Positions 10,693 to 18,806 of a stretch of 50,598 bases of DNA are shown piece by piece (the stretch's first letter is position 1; the number at the start of each line of letters is the position of its first letter). Source of the stretch: Gaiellaceae bacterium (GTDB lineage: Bacteria > Actinomycetota > Thermoleophilia > Gaiellales > Gaiellaceae); NCBI GenBank assembly GCA_036378475.1, contig DASUWJ010000040.1:1-50598 (forward strand), read 5' to 3'. The position numbers and the translations under genes are program-made. The notes under the pieces were generated by a model, which did not search any database, was not told where the DNA came from, and saw only the letters and a list, made by a program, of their open reading frames with translations.

Positions 10693-11490
10693 TCAGGAGC
10701 CGAATGTTTCCCGGTAGCGGCTGAAGAACGTCGCTTCCGGCAGCGTGGCGAGCAGAGAGCTTCTGTCGCCAAGGCGAACGTCGACCCGCTCGCCGGGTTC
10801 GAGCGAGCCGACCGCGTGCCCGTCGACGATCACCGTCACGGATCCCCCGTCTGTCCGGTTCCAGACCGAAAGCTCGCGGCTTCTCGGCACGACCAGCGGC
10901 CGCGCGTGCAGCGAATGCGGCGCGACGAAGGTAATAGCCATCGCATCGAGCCCCCAGACGAGTACGGGGCCGCCGTTCGAGAGGTTGTACGCGGTCGAAC
11001 CCGAGGGCGTACAGCAGATCACGCCGTCGCAGGGCAGGACGCCGAGGTCCTCGCCTCCGAGCGCATAGGCAAGCTCGACCATCCGCCCGAGCGTCGAACT
11101 CGTGGCGACGCAGTCGTTCACGGCCGGCCACATCTCCTCGCCCAGCCGAACCTCCAGGGTCGACAGCTCGATCACTTCGTAGTCCCCCCCGAGCGCCCGC
11201 TGGAGTCCGGCCTCGAGCTCGTCTGCCTCGATCGAGGTCAGGAAACCGACCCGGCCGAAGTTGACGCCGATCACTGGGACGCCGGTGCCGAGGAAGCGGT
11301 GGAAGGCTCGCAGCATCGTGCCGTCACCGCCGAGCGTGACCGCGAGGTCGGCCTCCTCGTTTTCGCCCGCCGTCAGCTCCACTCCGGCCGACTCGGCGAG
11401 GCGCTGCAGCCGTACGAGCGCACCGGCGACTGTCGCGGCATCACCGTGGGTGACGACTGCCACGCGCCGCACTCGCTCAGCCGACTGCAT
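10693..11490 (-). CDS. nadK: NAD(+) kinase
   Basis: Contains AVTLGGDGTMLRA (the GGDG motif) and TPSGSTAYNLSNGGP. I chose the internal ATG 11490 because it leaves a 12-nt gap after tlyA. The longest ORF would overlap tlyA by 86 nt. Confidence 0.87.
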   Translation of the reverse strand: MQSAERVRRVAVVTHGDAATVAGALVRLQRLAESAGVELTAGENEEADLAVTLGGDGTMLRAFHRFLGTGVPVIGVNFGRVGFLTSIEADELEAGLQRALGGDYEVIELSTLEVRLGEEMWPAVNDCVATSSTLGRMVELAYALGGEDLGVLPCDGVICCTPSGSTAYNLSNGGPVLVWGLDAMAITFVAPHSLHARPLVVPRSRELSVWNRTDGGSVTVIVDGHAVGSLEPGERVDVRLGDRSSLLATLPEATFFSRYRETFGS

Positions 11491-12238
11491 GTTCGATCCA
11501 CCCCTCGAGCTCGGGGCGGAGTCGGGCGTTGTCTCGCTGGACGAGGTGAAGGAAGAACTCACGATTCCCTTTCGGTCCTGGCAGCCCGGAGTCTACGACC
11601 CCGGATGTCTCGCCCTGCCACTCGATCGCGGCAGTGGCGACCTCCCGCAAGACGCGGGCCTGAACCGCACGATCCCGCACCACACCGCCGCGGACATAGG
11701 CCGCTCCCGCCTCGAACTGCGGCTTGACGAGTATGAGCGCCTGCCAGGGGCTCTGGGCGAGGCGAAGCAGCGGCGGCAGCACTGTGCGCGCGCTGATGAA
11801 GGAGACGTCACAGACGACGAGCTGAGGCGCAAAGGGAAGCTCCGTGACCGCGCGGGCGTTCGTCCGCTCGAGCACGGTGACGCGAGGATCGGCGCGGAGC
11901 CGCGGATGCAGCTGCCCGTAGCCGACGTCGAGCGCGATCACGCGCGCGGCACCCCGCTGGAGCAAGACGTCCGTGAAGCCGCCGGTCGAGGCGCCGACGT
12001 CGAGGCAGTTGGCCCCGCCCGGATAGACCGCAAAGGCATCGAGGGCATTCGCGAGCTTGACTCCACCTCTCGACACGTACGGGTCGCCGCCGGTGACCTC
12101 GATTGGCTCGGACTCGTCCACCTGCTCACCCGGCTTCTCGTGGCCGGGGACCCTGCCCGCGAGGATCAGTGCCTGGGCCTGCGCTCGGCTCTCGGCCAGC
12201 CCGCGCTCGACGAGGAGAAGGTCGAGGCGTTTCTTCAC
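11477..12238 (-). CDS. tlyA: TlyA family rRNA (cytidine-2'-O)-methyltransferase
   Basis: From GTG 12238 the protein reads VKKRLDLLLVERGLAESRAQAQALILAGRV (S4 domain), followed by the FtsJ-like motif CLDVGASTGGFTDVLLQRGAARVIALDVG. Confidence 0.87.
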   Translation of the reverse strand: MKKRLDLLLVERGLAESRAQAQALILAGRVPGHEKPGEQVDESEPIEVTGGDPYVSRGGVKLANALDAFAVYPGGANCLDVGASTGGFTDVLLQRGAARVIALDVGYGQLHPRLRADPRVTVLERTNARAVTELPFAPQLVVCDVSFISARTVLPPLLRLAQSPWQALILVKPQFEAGAAYVRGGVVRDRAVQARVLREVATAAIEWQGETSGVVDSGLPGPKGNREFFLHLVQRDNARLRPELEGWIEHAVG

Positions 12239-12244
12239 GCTCCT

Positions 12245-12760
12245 ATGATCGCGGTCGTGGCCATCCTGAAGGGAGAACACGTGCTCCTGCGCCCGCTCGA
12301 GCCGGGTGACGTGCCGCGCCTCGTCGAGATCGGCTCGGAGCCGGATGTCGCTCGCTGGTGGGGCACGGTCACAGCCGACTACGTGCTCGCGCTGGCCGAG
12401 GGGAAAGAGGAGGAGACCGGCTTCGCGGTCGAACACGAGGGAGCGCTAGTCGGACTCGCCCAGTTCTCCGAGCCCGGCGAGGGCGACTTCAAGCACGCCA
12501 GCATCGACCTGTTTCTGACCTCGTCACTCCACGGCCGCGGGCTCGGCCGAGACGTCGTTCGGACGCTTGCGCGCTGGCTCGTCGCCGAGCGCGGCCACCA
12601 CCGCCTGACGATCGACCCCGCGCGAGACAATGAGCAGGCGATCCGCGCCTACGAGGCGGTCGGCTTCAGGCAAGTCGGTGTCCTACGGAGCTATTGGCGG
12701 GACCCGAGCGGCCGCTGGCGGGACGGTCTGCTGCTCGACCTGCTCGCCGACGAACTCTAG
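12245..12760 (+). CDS. GNAT family N-acetyltransferase
   Basis: This is the C-terminal 171 aa of the 11261..12760 ORF: VLLRPLEPGDVPRLVEIGSEPDVARWWG ... HGRGLGRDVVRTLARWL ... AIRAYEAVGFRQVG. The upstream part of that ORF is antisense shadow of tlyA/nadK. GTG 12257 is an alternative start. Confidence 0.8.
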   Translation: MIAVVAILKGEHVLLRPLEPGDVPRLVEIGSEPDVARWWGTVTADYVLALAEGKEEETGFAVEHEGALVGLAQFSEPGEGDFKHASIDLFLTSSLHGRGLGRDVVRTLARWLVAERGHHRLTIDPARDNEQAIRAYEAVGFRQVGVLRSYWRDPSGRWRDGLLLDLLADEL

Positions 12761-12780
12761 GGGGCTTCGAAGCCGAGGGT

Positions 12781-13551
12781 TCAGGCTGTCCGCGTTGCCA
12801 GGCCGCTGACGATCTCTTCTAGGACCGAGGTGTCCGCATCGATCTGGGCGAGGCGCGCGTAGGCGCGGCCCGCGGCCTCGTCCGCGATGCGGCGGGCTCC
12901 CTCCTCCCCGTGGCTCAACACGTAGCCGTCTCCGTCCAGAATGTCGTCAACGGCCTGAAAGAGCAGACCGAGCTCCTCAGCGAACGCACGCCAGGGCGCT
13001 TGCTCGGGCTCCGGCAGTCCGGCCACCCAGAGGGCACAGACGACCGAGGCATAGAAGAGCCGGCCGGTCTTCAGGCGGTGGACCGCCTCGAGATCGTCGC
13101 TCAGGCCCTTCGTGTCGACGTGCTGGCCCCCGATCATCCCGAGCGTCGCCTGGACGAGTTCGCGCGCCACGTTCGGACTCGGGTACGAGAGCGCGAGCCG
13201 GCATGCTTCCGCCAGTAGGGCGTCCCCCGCGAGGATCGCCGTCGCCTCGTCGAATTGGGCCCACGTGCTTGCCCGCCCGCGCCGCAGCTCGTCGTTGTCG
13301 AGCGCGGGCAGGTCGTCATGGACGAGCGAAAAGCTGTGCACGAGCTCGAGCGCCGCCCCGGCCGGCAGGAGGGCTTCGGCCTCGCAGCCCGCCGCCTCCC
13401 CGCTCGCCAGGCAAAGGAGCGGCCGAATTCGCTTACCGCCGCCGGAGACCGCATAGCGGATCGGCTCGGCGAGCCCGCCGAGTTCCGGCGTCAGCGCGAG
13501 CTCCTCGAGGTAGAACTCGATCAGGCGGAGCAGCTCCTCCGGCGAGCTCAT
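12781..13551 (-). CDS. Polyprenyl (farnesyl/geranylgeranyl) diphosphate synthase
   Basis: The first Asp-rich motif is LVHDDLPALDNDELRRG and the second is FQAVDDILD. The ATG overlaps the upstream stop (ATGA, 13548-13551). Confidence 0.85.
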   Translation of the reverse strand: MSSPEELLRLIEFYLEELALTPELGGLAEPIRYAVSGGGKRIRPLLCLASGEAAGCEAEALLPAGAALELVHSFSLVHDDLPALDNDELRRGRASTWAQFDEATAILAGDALLAEACRLALSYPSPNVARELVQATLGMIGGQHVDTKGLSDDLEAVHRLKTGRLFYASVVCALWVAGLPEPEQAPWRAFAEELGLLFQAVDDILDGDGYVLSHGEEGARRIADEAAGRAYARLAQIDADTSVLEEIVSGLATRTA

Positions 13552-13730
13552 TCTCCTGCCTCCTTCTTCGCCCGAGTGAGCTCCACTTCGACCTCTTTCG
13601 CGATCTCCGCCAGCTCGGAGAGGATCTCGATCGCCCGGTCTGGATCCTGGGTCGACTCGAGCTCCTGCCGTGTCCGCTCGAGCCGCTCGAGGAGGCTCTC
13701 GGCTCGCTTCAAGGCGTCTTCAGAGTTCAC
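13548..13730 (-). CDS. 60-aa helical protein in the syntenic position of xseB (assignment uncertain)
   Basis: GTG 13730 overlaps the nusB TGA stop (GTGA). The product is VNSEDALKRAESLLERLERTRQELESTQDPDRAIEILSELAEIAKEVEVELTRAKKEAGE. It lies immediately upstream of the polyprenyl synthase, as xseB does in Bacillus. I do not see the XseB consensus clearly. Confidence 0.4.
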   Translation of the reverse strand: MNSEDALKRAESLLERLERTRQELESTQDPDRAIEILSELAEIAKEVEVELTRAKKEAGE

Positions 13731-14110
13731 GCGACCTCTTGCTCGCGGGCGATCCGGCCCAGGATCCCGTTCACGAGCCGTCCGGCATCCTCGCTCGCAT
13801 ACCGCTTGGCCAGAGTCACGGCCTCGTCGATCGCGACCTCGAGGGGCACGCTCCCCGTCTCGAGCTCGTAGGCCGCCAAGCGCAGGATGTTCCGCTCGAC
13901 GGCGCCGAGTCGGTCGGCCGTCCAGCTCTCGGCCGCGGCGGTGATCCGGGCATCGAGCTCCGCCACGCGCGCCGAGACGGCCTCGGCGGTCTCGCGCGCG
14001 AACTCGTCGACCTCGCCCTCGTAGAGCGAGGCGAGCGGCTGCCCGGTCACATCCCACTGGTAGAGGAGAAAGAAGGCGGTGCGGCGCGAGGCGCGGCGGC
14101 TGAGCGTCAT
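13727..14110 (-). CDS. nusB: Transcription antitermination factor NusB
   Basis: From ATG 14110 the protein reads MTLSRRASRRTAFFLLYQWD... and continues to ...ERNILRLAAYEL...VAIDEAVTLAKRY...RLVNGILGRI. Confidence 0.9.
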   Translation of the reverse strand: MTLSRRASRRTAFFLLYQWDVTGQPLASLYEGEVDEFARETAEAVSARVAELDARITAAAESWTADRLGAVERNILRLAAYELETGSVPLEVAIDEAVTLAKRYASEDAGRLVNGILGRIAREQEVA

Positions 14111-14418
14111 CGCTCGACGAGCTCCTCGACAGAGACGTCCACGCCTCGAACCTCGAGGCCACACATCTCGTGCAGGGTACGGCCGACGGATTCCTGGACG
14201 GCCCGGGTCAGCTCGGGCAGGACCGCGCCGTAGCGGACGGCCAGCTGAAGCGAGACCGCGGCGCCGCCCTCAGCGAGGGAGATCTCGACCGCGCGCCGCG
14301 GGCGGCGGACGCGGGCGCCGTCGACGAGTTCCGCCGCCGAGACGACGAGGCGCGCGAGCGTCGCGGCAGGGATCGAGATCGTGCCGCTCGCCTCCTCGAG
14401 TAGGAGCTCCTCGCTCAT
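14107..14418 (-). CDS. Asp23/Gls24 family envelope stress protein
   Basis: 103 aa: GTISIPAATLARLVVSAAELVDGARV ... LQLAVRYGAVLPELTRAVQESVGRTLHEMCGLEVRGVDVSVEEL. It has ATGA overlaps at both ends (14415-14418 and 14107-14110). Confidence 0.8.
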   Translation of the reverse strand: MSEELLLEEASGTISIPAATLARLVVSAAELVDGARVRRPRRAVEISLAEGGAAVSLQLAVRYGAVLPELTRAVQESVGRTLHEMCGLEVRGVDVSVEELVER

Positions 14419-15773
14419 CCGGCGCCAAGGGCGCTCAGGCGCCGCCCCGTCTCCTCGAAAAACGAGGTCGAGTAGCGCCCGCTCGAGAACTCCTCGGTGC
14501 GCAGGATCTCGATCGCCGCCTCGCGGGTCGTGGGTACTCCCTCGACGACGAGCTCGCCGAGCGCCCGGAGGGCCCGGGCGATCGCGCCCGGGCGGTCCTC
14601 GTCCCAGACGATCAGCTTGCCGAGCAGCGAGTCGTAGAAGGGCGGCACCGTGTAGCCGTCCTCGATGAAGGTGTCCAGCCGAACGCCCGGGCCAAGTGGC
14701 GGCCGAAAAGCGGTGATCAGCCCCGGGGCCGGCGCGAAATCGCGCGCCGGGTCCTTGGCGTTGATCCGGACCTCGATCGCGTGGCCGCGGCGCGCTGCGC
14801 GGCCGGCCGCGGAGAGACGCTCGCCCGCGGCGACGCGGAGCTGCTCCCGGACGAGGTCGATCCCGGTCACGAGCTCGGAGACCGGGTGCTCGACCTGCAG
14901 CCGGGCATTCAGCTCGATGAAGTAGAAGCTCTGGTCGGGCCCGAGCAAAAACTCGAACGTGCCGGCGTTTCGGTAGCCGATCCGCTGCGCTGCCCGCTCG
15001 GCCGCCTCCTCCATCGCCTCTCGCGTCTCGGCCGAGAGAGCGGCCGAGGGCGACTCCTCGATCAGCTTTTGGTGACGGCGCTGGATCGAGCACTCGCGCT
15101 CGCCGAGCGTCAGCAGATTGCCTTGGCCATCGGCGAGTACCTGGATCTCCACGTGCCGGGCGGGCCGGACGAGCTTCTCGAGGTAGAGGCTCGGGTCGCC
15201 GAAGGACGCCTCGGCCTCCGCCGCGGCGGTCTGGAACGATCGCTCGAGCTCCTCCTCTCGGTCCACGACCCGCATCCCCTTGCCGCCGCCGCCGGCCGCC
15301 GCCTTGAGCAGGACGGGATAGCCGAGCTCGGCCGCAACCGAGCGCGCCTCGCCTGGCTCGACCTCGCCCTCGCTCCCCGGCACGAGCGGCACGCCCGCCG
15401 CGGCGAGTTCCCGCTTTGCCTTCACCTTGTCGCCCATCCGGGCCATCACCTCGGCCGGCGGACCGACGAAGACGAGCTCGTTCTCCTCGCAGGCCGAGAC
15501 GAAGGCCGGGCTCTCGGCGAGGAAGCCGTAGCCCGGATGCACGGCCTCGCAGCCGGTCGTCTCGGCCGCGGCGACGACGGAGGGGATGTTCAGGTAGCTG
15601 CGGGCGGCAGGCGCGGGGCCGATACAGACCGCGCGGTCGGCCAGCCGAACGTGCAGGGAGCCGGCGTCCGCGGTCGAGTAGACGGCGACGGCCTCGGCTT
15701 CGAGCTCGTGCAGGGCGCGGATCACCCGGACGGCGATCTCGCCACGGTTGGCTACGAGGACGCGCGAGAACAC
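14415..15773 (-). CDS. accC: Biotin carboxylase (acetyl-CoA carboxylase BC subunit or PycA-like)
   Basis: 452 aa with FSRVLVANRGEIAVRVIRA, GYGFLAE, GGGGKGMRVV and an ATP-grasp domain. The GTG start lies 2 nt after the upstream TAG stop. Confidence 0.92.
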   Translation of the reverse strand: MFSRVLVANRGEIAVRVIRALHELEAEAVAVYSTADAGSLHVRLADRAVCIGPAPAARSYLNIPSVVAAAETTGCEAVHPGYGFLAESPAFVSACEENELVFVGPPAEVMARMGDKVKAKRELAAAGVPLVPGSEGEVEPGEARSVAAELGYPVLLKAAAGGGGKGMRVVDREEELERSFQTAAAEAEASFGDPSLYLEKLVRPARHVEIQVLADGQGNLLTLGERECSIQRRHQKLIEESPSAALSAETREAMEEAAERAAQRIGYRNAGTFEFLLGPDQSFYFIELNARLQVEHPVSELVTGIDLVREQLRVAAGERLSAAGRAARRGHAIEVRINAKDPARDFAPAPGLITAFRPPLGPGVRLDTFIEDGYTVPPFYDSLLGKLIVWDEDRPGAIARALRALGELVVEGVPTTREAAIEILRTEEFSSGRYSTSFFEETGRRLSALGAG

Positions 15774-15775
15774 GG

Positions 15776-17599
15776 CTATAGCCCGAGCGGCCGGCCGTTC
15801 ACGGGTTCGAGCTCGAAGAGCAGCTGACCGTACTCGACGGCTTCCGCGTTGCGGGCGTGAATCGCACGGACGATGCCCTCGGCCTCGGCCTTGACCTCGT
15901 TCATCAGCTTCATCGCCTCGAGGATGCAGAGCGTCTGCCCGGCCGCAACCGCGTCACCCTCCTCCACAAACGGCGGCGCGCCCGGCTGCGGGGCGCGGTA
16001 GAAGGTGCCGACCATCGGCGCCTCGACCCGGATCACCCCGTCGGCGGGAGGGCCGGGCGCCGCCAGCGCCTCTTCATCCTCGGGCGCAGGCAGCTCCCCA
16101 CCCCCCGGGGCGAGCGCGCTCTCGGACGGCTCGGGCGTCTTGCGGACGGACACCCGCATCCCGCCTTCCTCGATCGTGACCTCCCCCACCCCCGACTCCT
16201 GGACGATCCGGACGAGCTCGCGGATCCGCTCCGCGCGCGCCTGGTCGATGCCGCCCGCCGAGAGCGCGTCCTCGCCCCGGTGGCGGCCCCTGATCGCCTC
16301 GAGCAGCGGCCGCGCCTCGTCGCCGAAGAGCGCCAGGAGCAGCACCTCCTCGTCGCTCGTCGCGATGTCTTGAGATTCCTCGCGCAGCCGCTCGAGATCG
16401 ACAGGAGCCTCCGCCTTGCCACCACTCGCGGGCTCCGCGAGCAGCTCGACCGCCCGCCGAACTGTCGGATCGATCTCCCCGGGCGGGGAGCCGTAGCGCC
16501 CCTCGAGGAGCGCCTTGAGCTCGTCGATGACCGTCTGGTAACGCGTGGCCGAAAGCACGTTCAGCAGGGCTTGGGAGCCGAGAATCTGGCCGATCGGCGC
16601 GGCCAGCGGCGGCCAGCCGGCCTCCTCGCGCACGCGCGCGAGCTCCTCGAGCACCTCCCCGAGCCGGTCGCCGGCCGCCTGGGCCCGTAGGTGCGTGTCG
16701 AGCGCCGCCACGAGACCCGGCGGCAACCGGTGCTCGGCGGCGCGGACCGCGATCCTCGGCGAGAGCGGCGGCACCGGTTCGTCGCCCAGGTACTCGTCGA
16801 CGAGCTCCGAGGCGCTCCAGAGCGCCTCGACGTCGACCCCGGCGTCCTGACCGAGACCGGAGAGAGCCGTCGCCAGGCCCTCGCCGGAGACGCGGTGGAG
16901 CGTCAGGGCGATCGGGTAGACCGCGCACGAGACGAGATCGGAGCCGGCCCGCACGGCCTCGAGGGCAGAGGCGAGGGCGTTTCCGGCCGCCCCCTGGCTA
17001 TAGAGGCCGATTGGCAGGCCGCTTGCCTCCCGGAGGACGCCGACGAGCTCGTGTGCGCGGTGCGGCTCGAGCGCGCTTGAGGGATCGTGGAGGAGGATCC
17101 GCGCCGCGCCGAGCTCCGGCAGCTTCTTCGCCTGCTCGACCAGGTCCTCCGTCTCACCGGGGTGCCCGGAGCCGTAGACGAGCCCCGCGTCGAACTCGCG
17201 GTCGGCACCGGTGATCGCCTCGCCGGCCTCCCGTAGGTTGGAGACGTCGTTCAGGGGGTCGTGGAGGCGAAAGACGTCGATCCCGCTCTCCGCGGCCGAG
17301 GCGACGAAGCGGCGCACGAAGTCGGCCCCAACCGGTCGCGAGCCGACCAGGAAGCGCCCCCGGAGCGCCATCGCCAATGGCGTCTGCGTGCGCGCCTTGA
17401 GCGCGCGGATCCGCTCCCAGGGGCTCTCGACGCCACGGCGGACGGCACTGTCGAAGACACCGCCGCCGGAGACCTCGAGATAGGCGAAGCCGGCCCGGTC
17501 GAGTGTTTCCGCAAGCCGCAGGAGCTCCGCGGTCGGGATGCGGCCCGCGAGCGGCTCCTGGGACAGCAGCCGGATCGTCGTATCGACGAGCGCGGGCAT
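15776..17599 (-). CDS. Fusion protein: OadA/transcarboxylase-5S-like carboxyltransferase domain (atypical active-site residues) plus complete AccB/BCCP
   Basis: The N-terminal ~450 aa align along their length with OadA/5S/PYC carboxyltransferase domains (GGGVFDSAVRRGVESPWERIRALK, GIDVFRLHDPLND, IGQILGSQALLNVL). The C-terminus contains the AccB N-segment, a Pro/Ala linker and the biotinyl domain VGTFYRAPQPG...CILEAMKLMNEV. Confidence 0.85.
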   Translation of the reverse strand: MPALVDTTIRLLSQEPLAGRIPTAELLRLAETLDRAGFAYLEVSGGGVFDSAVRRGVESPWERIRALKARTQTPLAMALRGRFLVGSRPVGADFVRRFVASAAESGIDVFRLHDPLNDVSNLREAGEAITGADREFDAGLVYGSGHPGETEDLVEQAKKLPELGAARILLHDPSSALEPHRAHELVGVLREASGLPIGLYSQGAAGNALASALEAVRAGSDLVSCAVYPIALTLHRVSGEGLATALSGLGQDAGVDVEALWSASELVDEYLGDEPVPPLSPRIAVRAAEHRLPPGLVAALDTHLRAQAAGDRLGEVLEELARVREEAGWPPLAAPIGQILGSQALLNVLSATRYQTVIDELKALLEGRYGSPPGEIDPTVRRAVELLAEPASGGKAEAPVDLERLREESQDIATSDEEVLLLALFGDEARPLLEAIRGRHRGEDALSAGGIDQARAERIRELVRIVQESGVGEVTIEEGGMRVSVRKTPEPSESALAPGGGELPAPEDEEALAAPGPPADGVIRVEAPMVGTFYRAPQPGAPPFVEEGDAVAAGQTLCILEAMKLMNEVKAEAEGIVRAIHARNAEAVEYGQLLFELEPVNGRPLGL

Positions 17600-17843
17600 G
17601 GCGCCGAGACCTTACCGAGTCGTTTGCCGCGGCGAGGCTGCCCGTGGTCCTCGTCTTCCCCGACTCTCGGCAACGCTTAGGTCACCGACTGGGTGGCCAG
17701 GAAACCCGCGCGGTGAACTCTCAGATTCGGTCCGCGCCGACCCCAGCCTCAGAAGGAGAGATTGGCGAAGCGCTCCGGCCCGCGTGGGCTCAGGTTGGTC
17801 TACAGGGAACACGCCAGCGGGCAAAGCCCAAAACACGCCAATC

Positions 17844-18542
17844 TTAGGCAGAAGGGCGGATGCCCTTTCGCCAACTGTTTCCAGACGCGAAGCAGCATCC
17901 GCCCGCGGGGAAGATCTCCGGGGAGATCATGAGCCGGTACCGACGGCCCTCGCGGACAAGGAAACCGTCCCGCTCGAGGGTTCTCAGCGCCGAGGTGACG
18001 GTCTCGCGCGCGGAGCCGACAGCCTGGGCGAGCAACGCGTGCGTCAGCGGTAGCTCGACTCGTATGCCGTCCGCTACCACGACGCCGTGCCGGCGGGCGA
18101 GCTGGAGGAGTTTCCCTCGCACGCGTTCGACGTGCTCGACGTTCGCGAACTGGGCGAGGCTCTCTTGCTGCTCACGCAGCGCTTCGAGCAGCAAATCGAC
18201 GATCGCCTCTGCCGCCCGCGGTAGCTGGAGCAGCCTGAGCTCGACGGCTCGCGTGACCGAGAGCACGGCCGAGTCTGCGACAGCCGCCAGCTGTTCATCC
18301 AGGCGGGGCGGCAAGAGCAGCATTCCCTGCGAGCAGAAGCCAAACGCGATCCGTCTTTTCGCCGAGGCGCCGGATGCGACTACGACGGTACCCTTCTCGA
18401 CCAGGAGCAGCTTCGCGTCCGGGAAGTCGCTCGCGCCTCGAACGTCCCCTGCGCGCAGGACGAGCCGCGGGCAAAGCGCGAGCAGTCGCGCGAGCTTGGC
18501 GCTCTCAAGCGCCGAATCACCTAGAGGGAGGTCGGCTTCCAC
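17844..18542 (-). CDS. Crp/Fnr family transcriptional regulator
   Basis: 232 aa with an N-terminal cNMP-binding-like beta-roll. The C-terminal HTH is LPLTHALLAQAVGSARETVTSALRTLERDGFL. Confidence 0.85.
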   Translation of the reverse strand: MEADLPLGDSALESAKLARLLALCPRLVLRAGDVRGASDFPDAKLLLVEKGTVVVASGASAKRRIAFGFCSQGMLLLPPRLDEQLAAVADSAVLSVTRAVELRLLQLPRAAEAIVDLLLEALREQQESLAQFANVEHVERVRGKLLQLARRHGVVVADGIRVELPLTHALLAQAVGSARETVTSALRTLERDGFLVREGRRYRLMISPEIFPAGGCCFASGNSWRKGIRPSA

Positions 18543-18617
18543 CTCGATCGGAAATACGCCCCCACGCGACGGCCCGGATTCGCCGCTTCACCGGAGGAGG
18601 AAAGAGGTGGCGAGAAA

Positions 18618-18633
18618 TGTGAGCTGCCTTACA
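18618..18633. promoter_or_regulatory. Candidate CRP-family operator TGTGA-N6-TTACA
   Basis: The sequence tgtgagctgccttaca matches the CRP/GlxR consensus TGTGA-N6-TCACA with one mismatch. It lies in the divergent intergenic region, 76 nt from the Crp-like start (18542) and 174 nt from the ferritin-like start (18807). Confidence 0.3.
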
Positions 18634-18806
18634 GGCTGTACATCCGGCCTCTGACGGGCCTCGTAGGGCGGACAGAATGCCTGTCGGCGAAGCCTCTGGC
18701 GCCCAGCCGGCGAAGCCCTGCCCGCGCGCACCTCACAGTTGGGACGTTGCGGTGCCCCGCAGCGTCCACAGTCTCTCACGCGCGCAGAACTCGGAAGGAG
18801 GAGGTC

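Noticed and set aside
14079-15827. 582-aa plus-strand ORF and other long Arg-rich ORFs in alternative frames (for example 6468..7301, 7302..8171, 21697..22845, 23468..25435, 27539..29884, 32546..33820, 34386..35801)
   Set aside because: All overlap genes with unambiguous family motifs on the other strand or frame. Their compositions (R, G, A, P, D dominated) are what off-frame translation of ~70% GC coding DNA gives.
17600-17843. 244-nt non-coding region upstream of the CT-BCCP fusion, considered for a riboswitch or biotin operator
   Set aside because: I could identify no conserved motif or convincing palindrome. It is left as an unexplained leader or promoter region.
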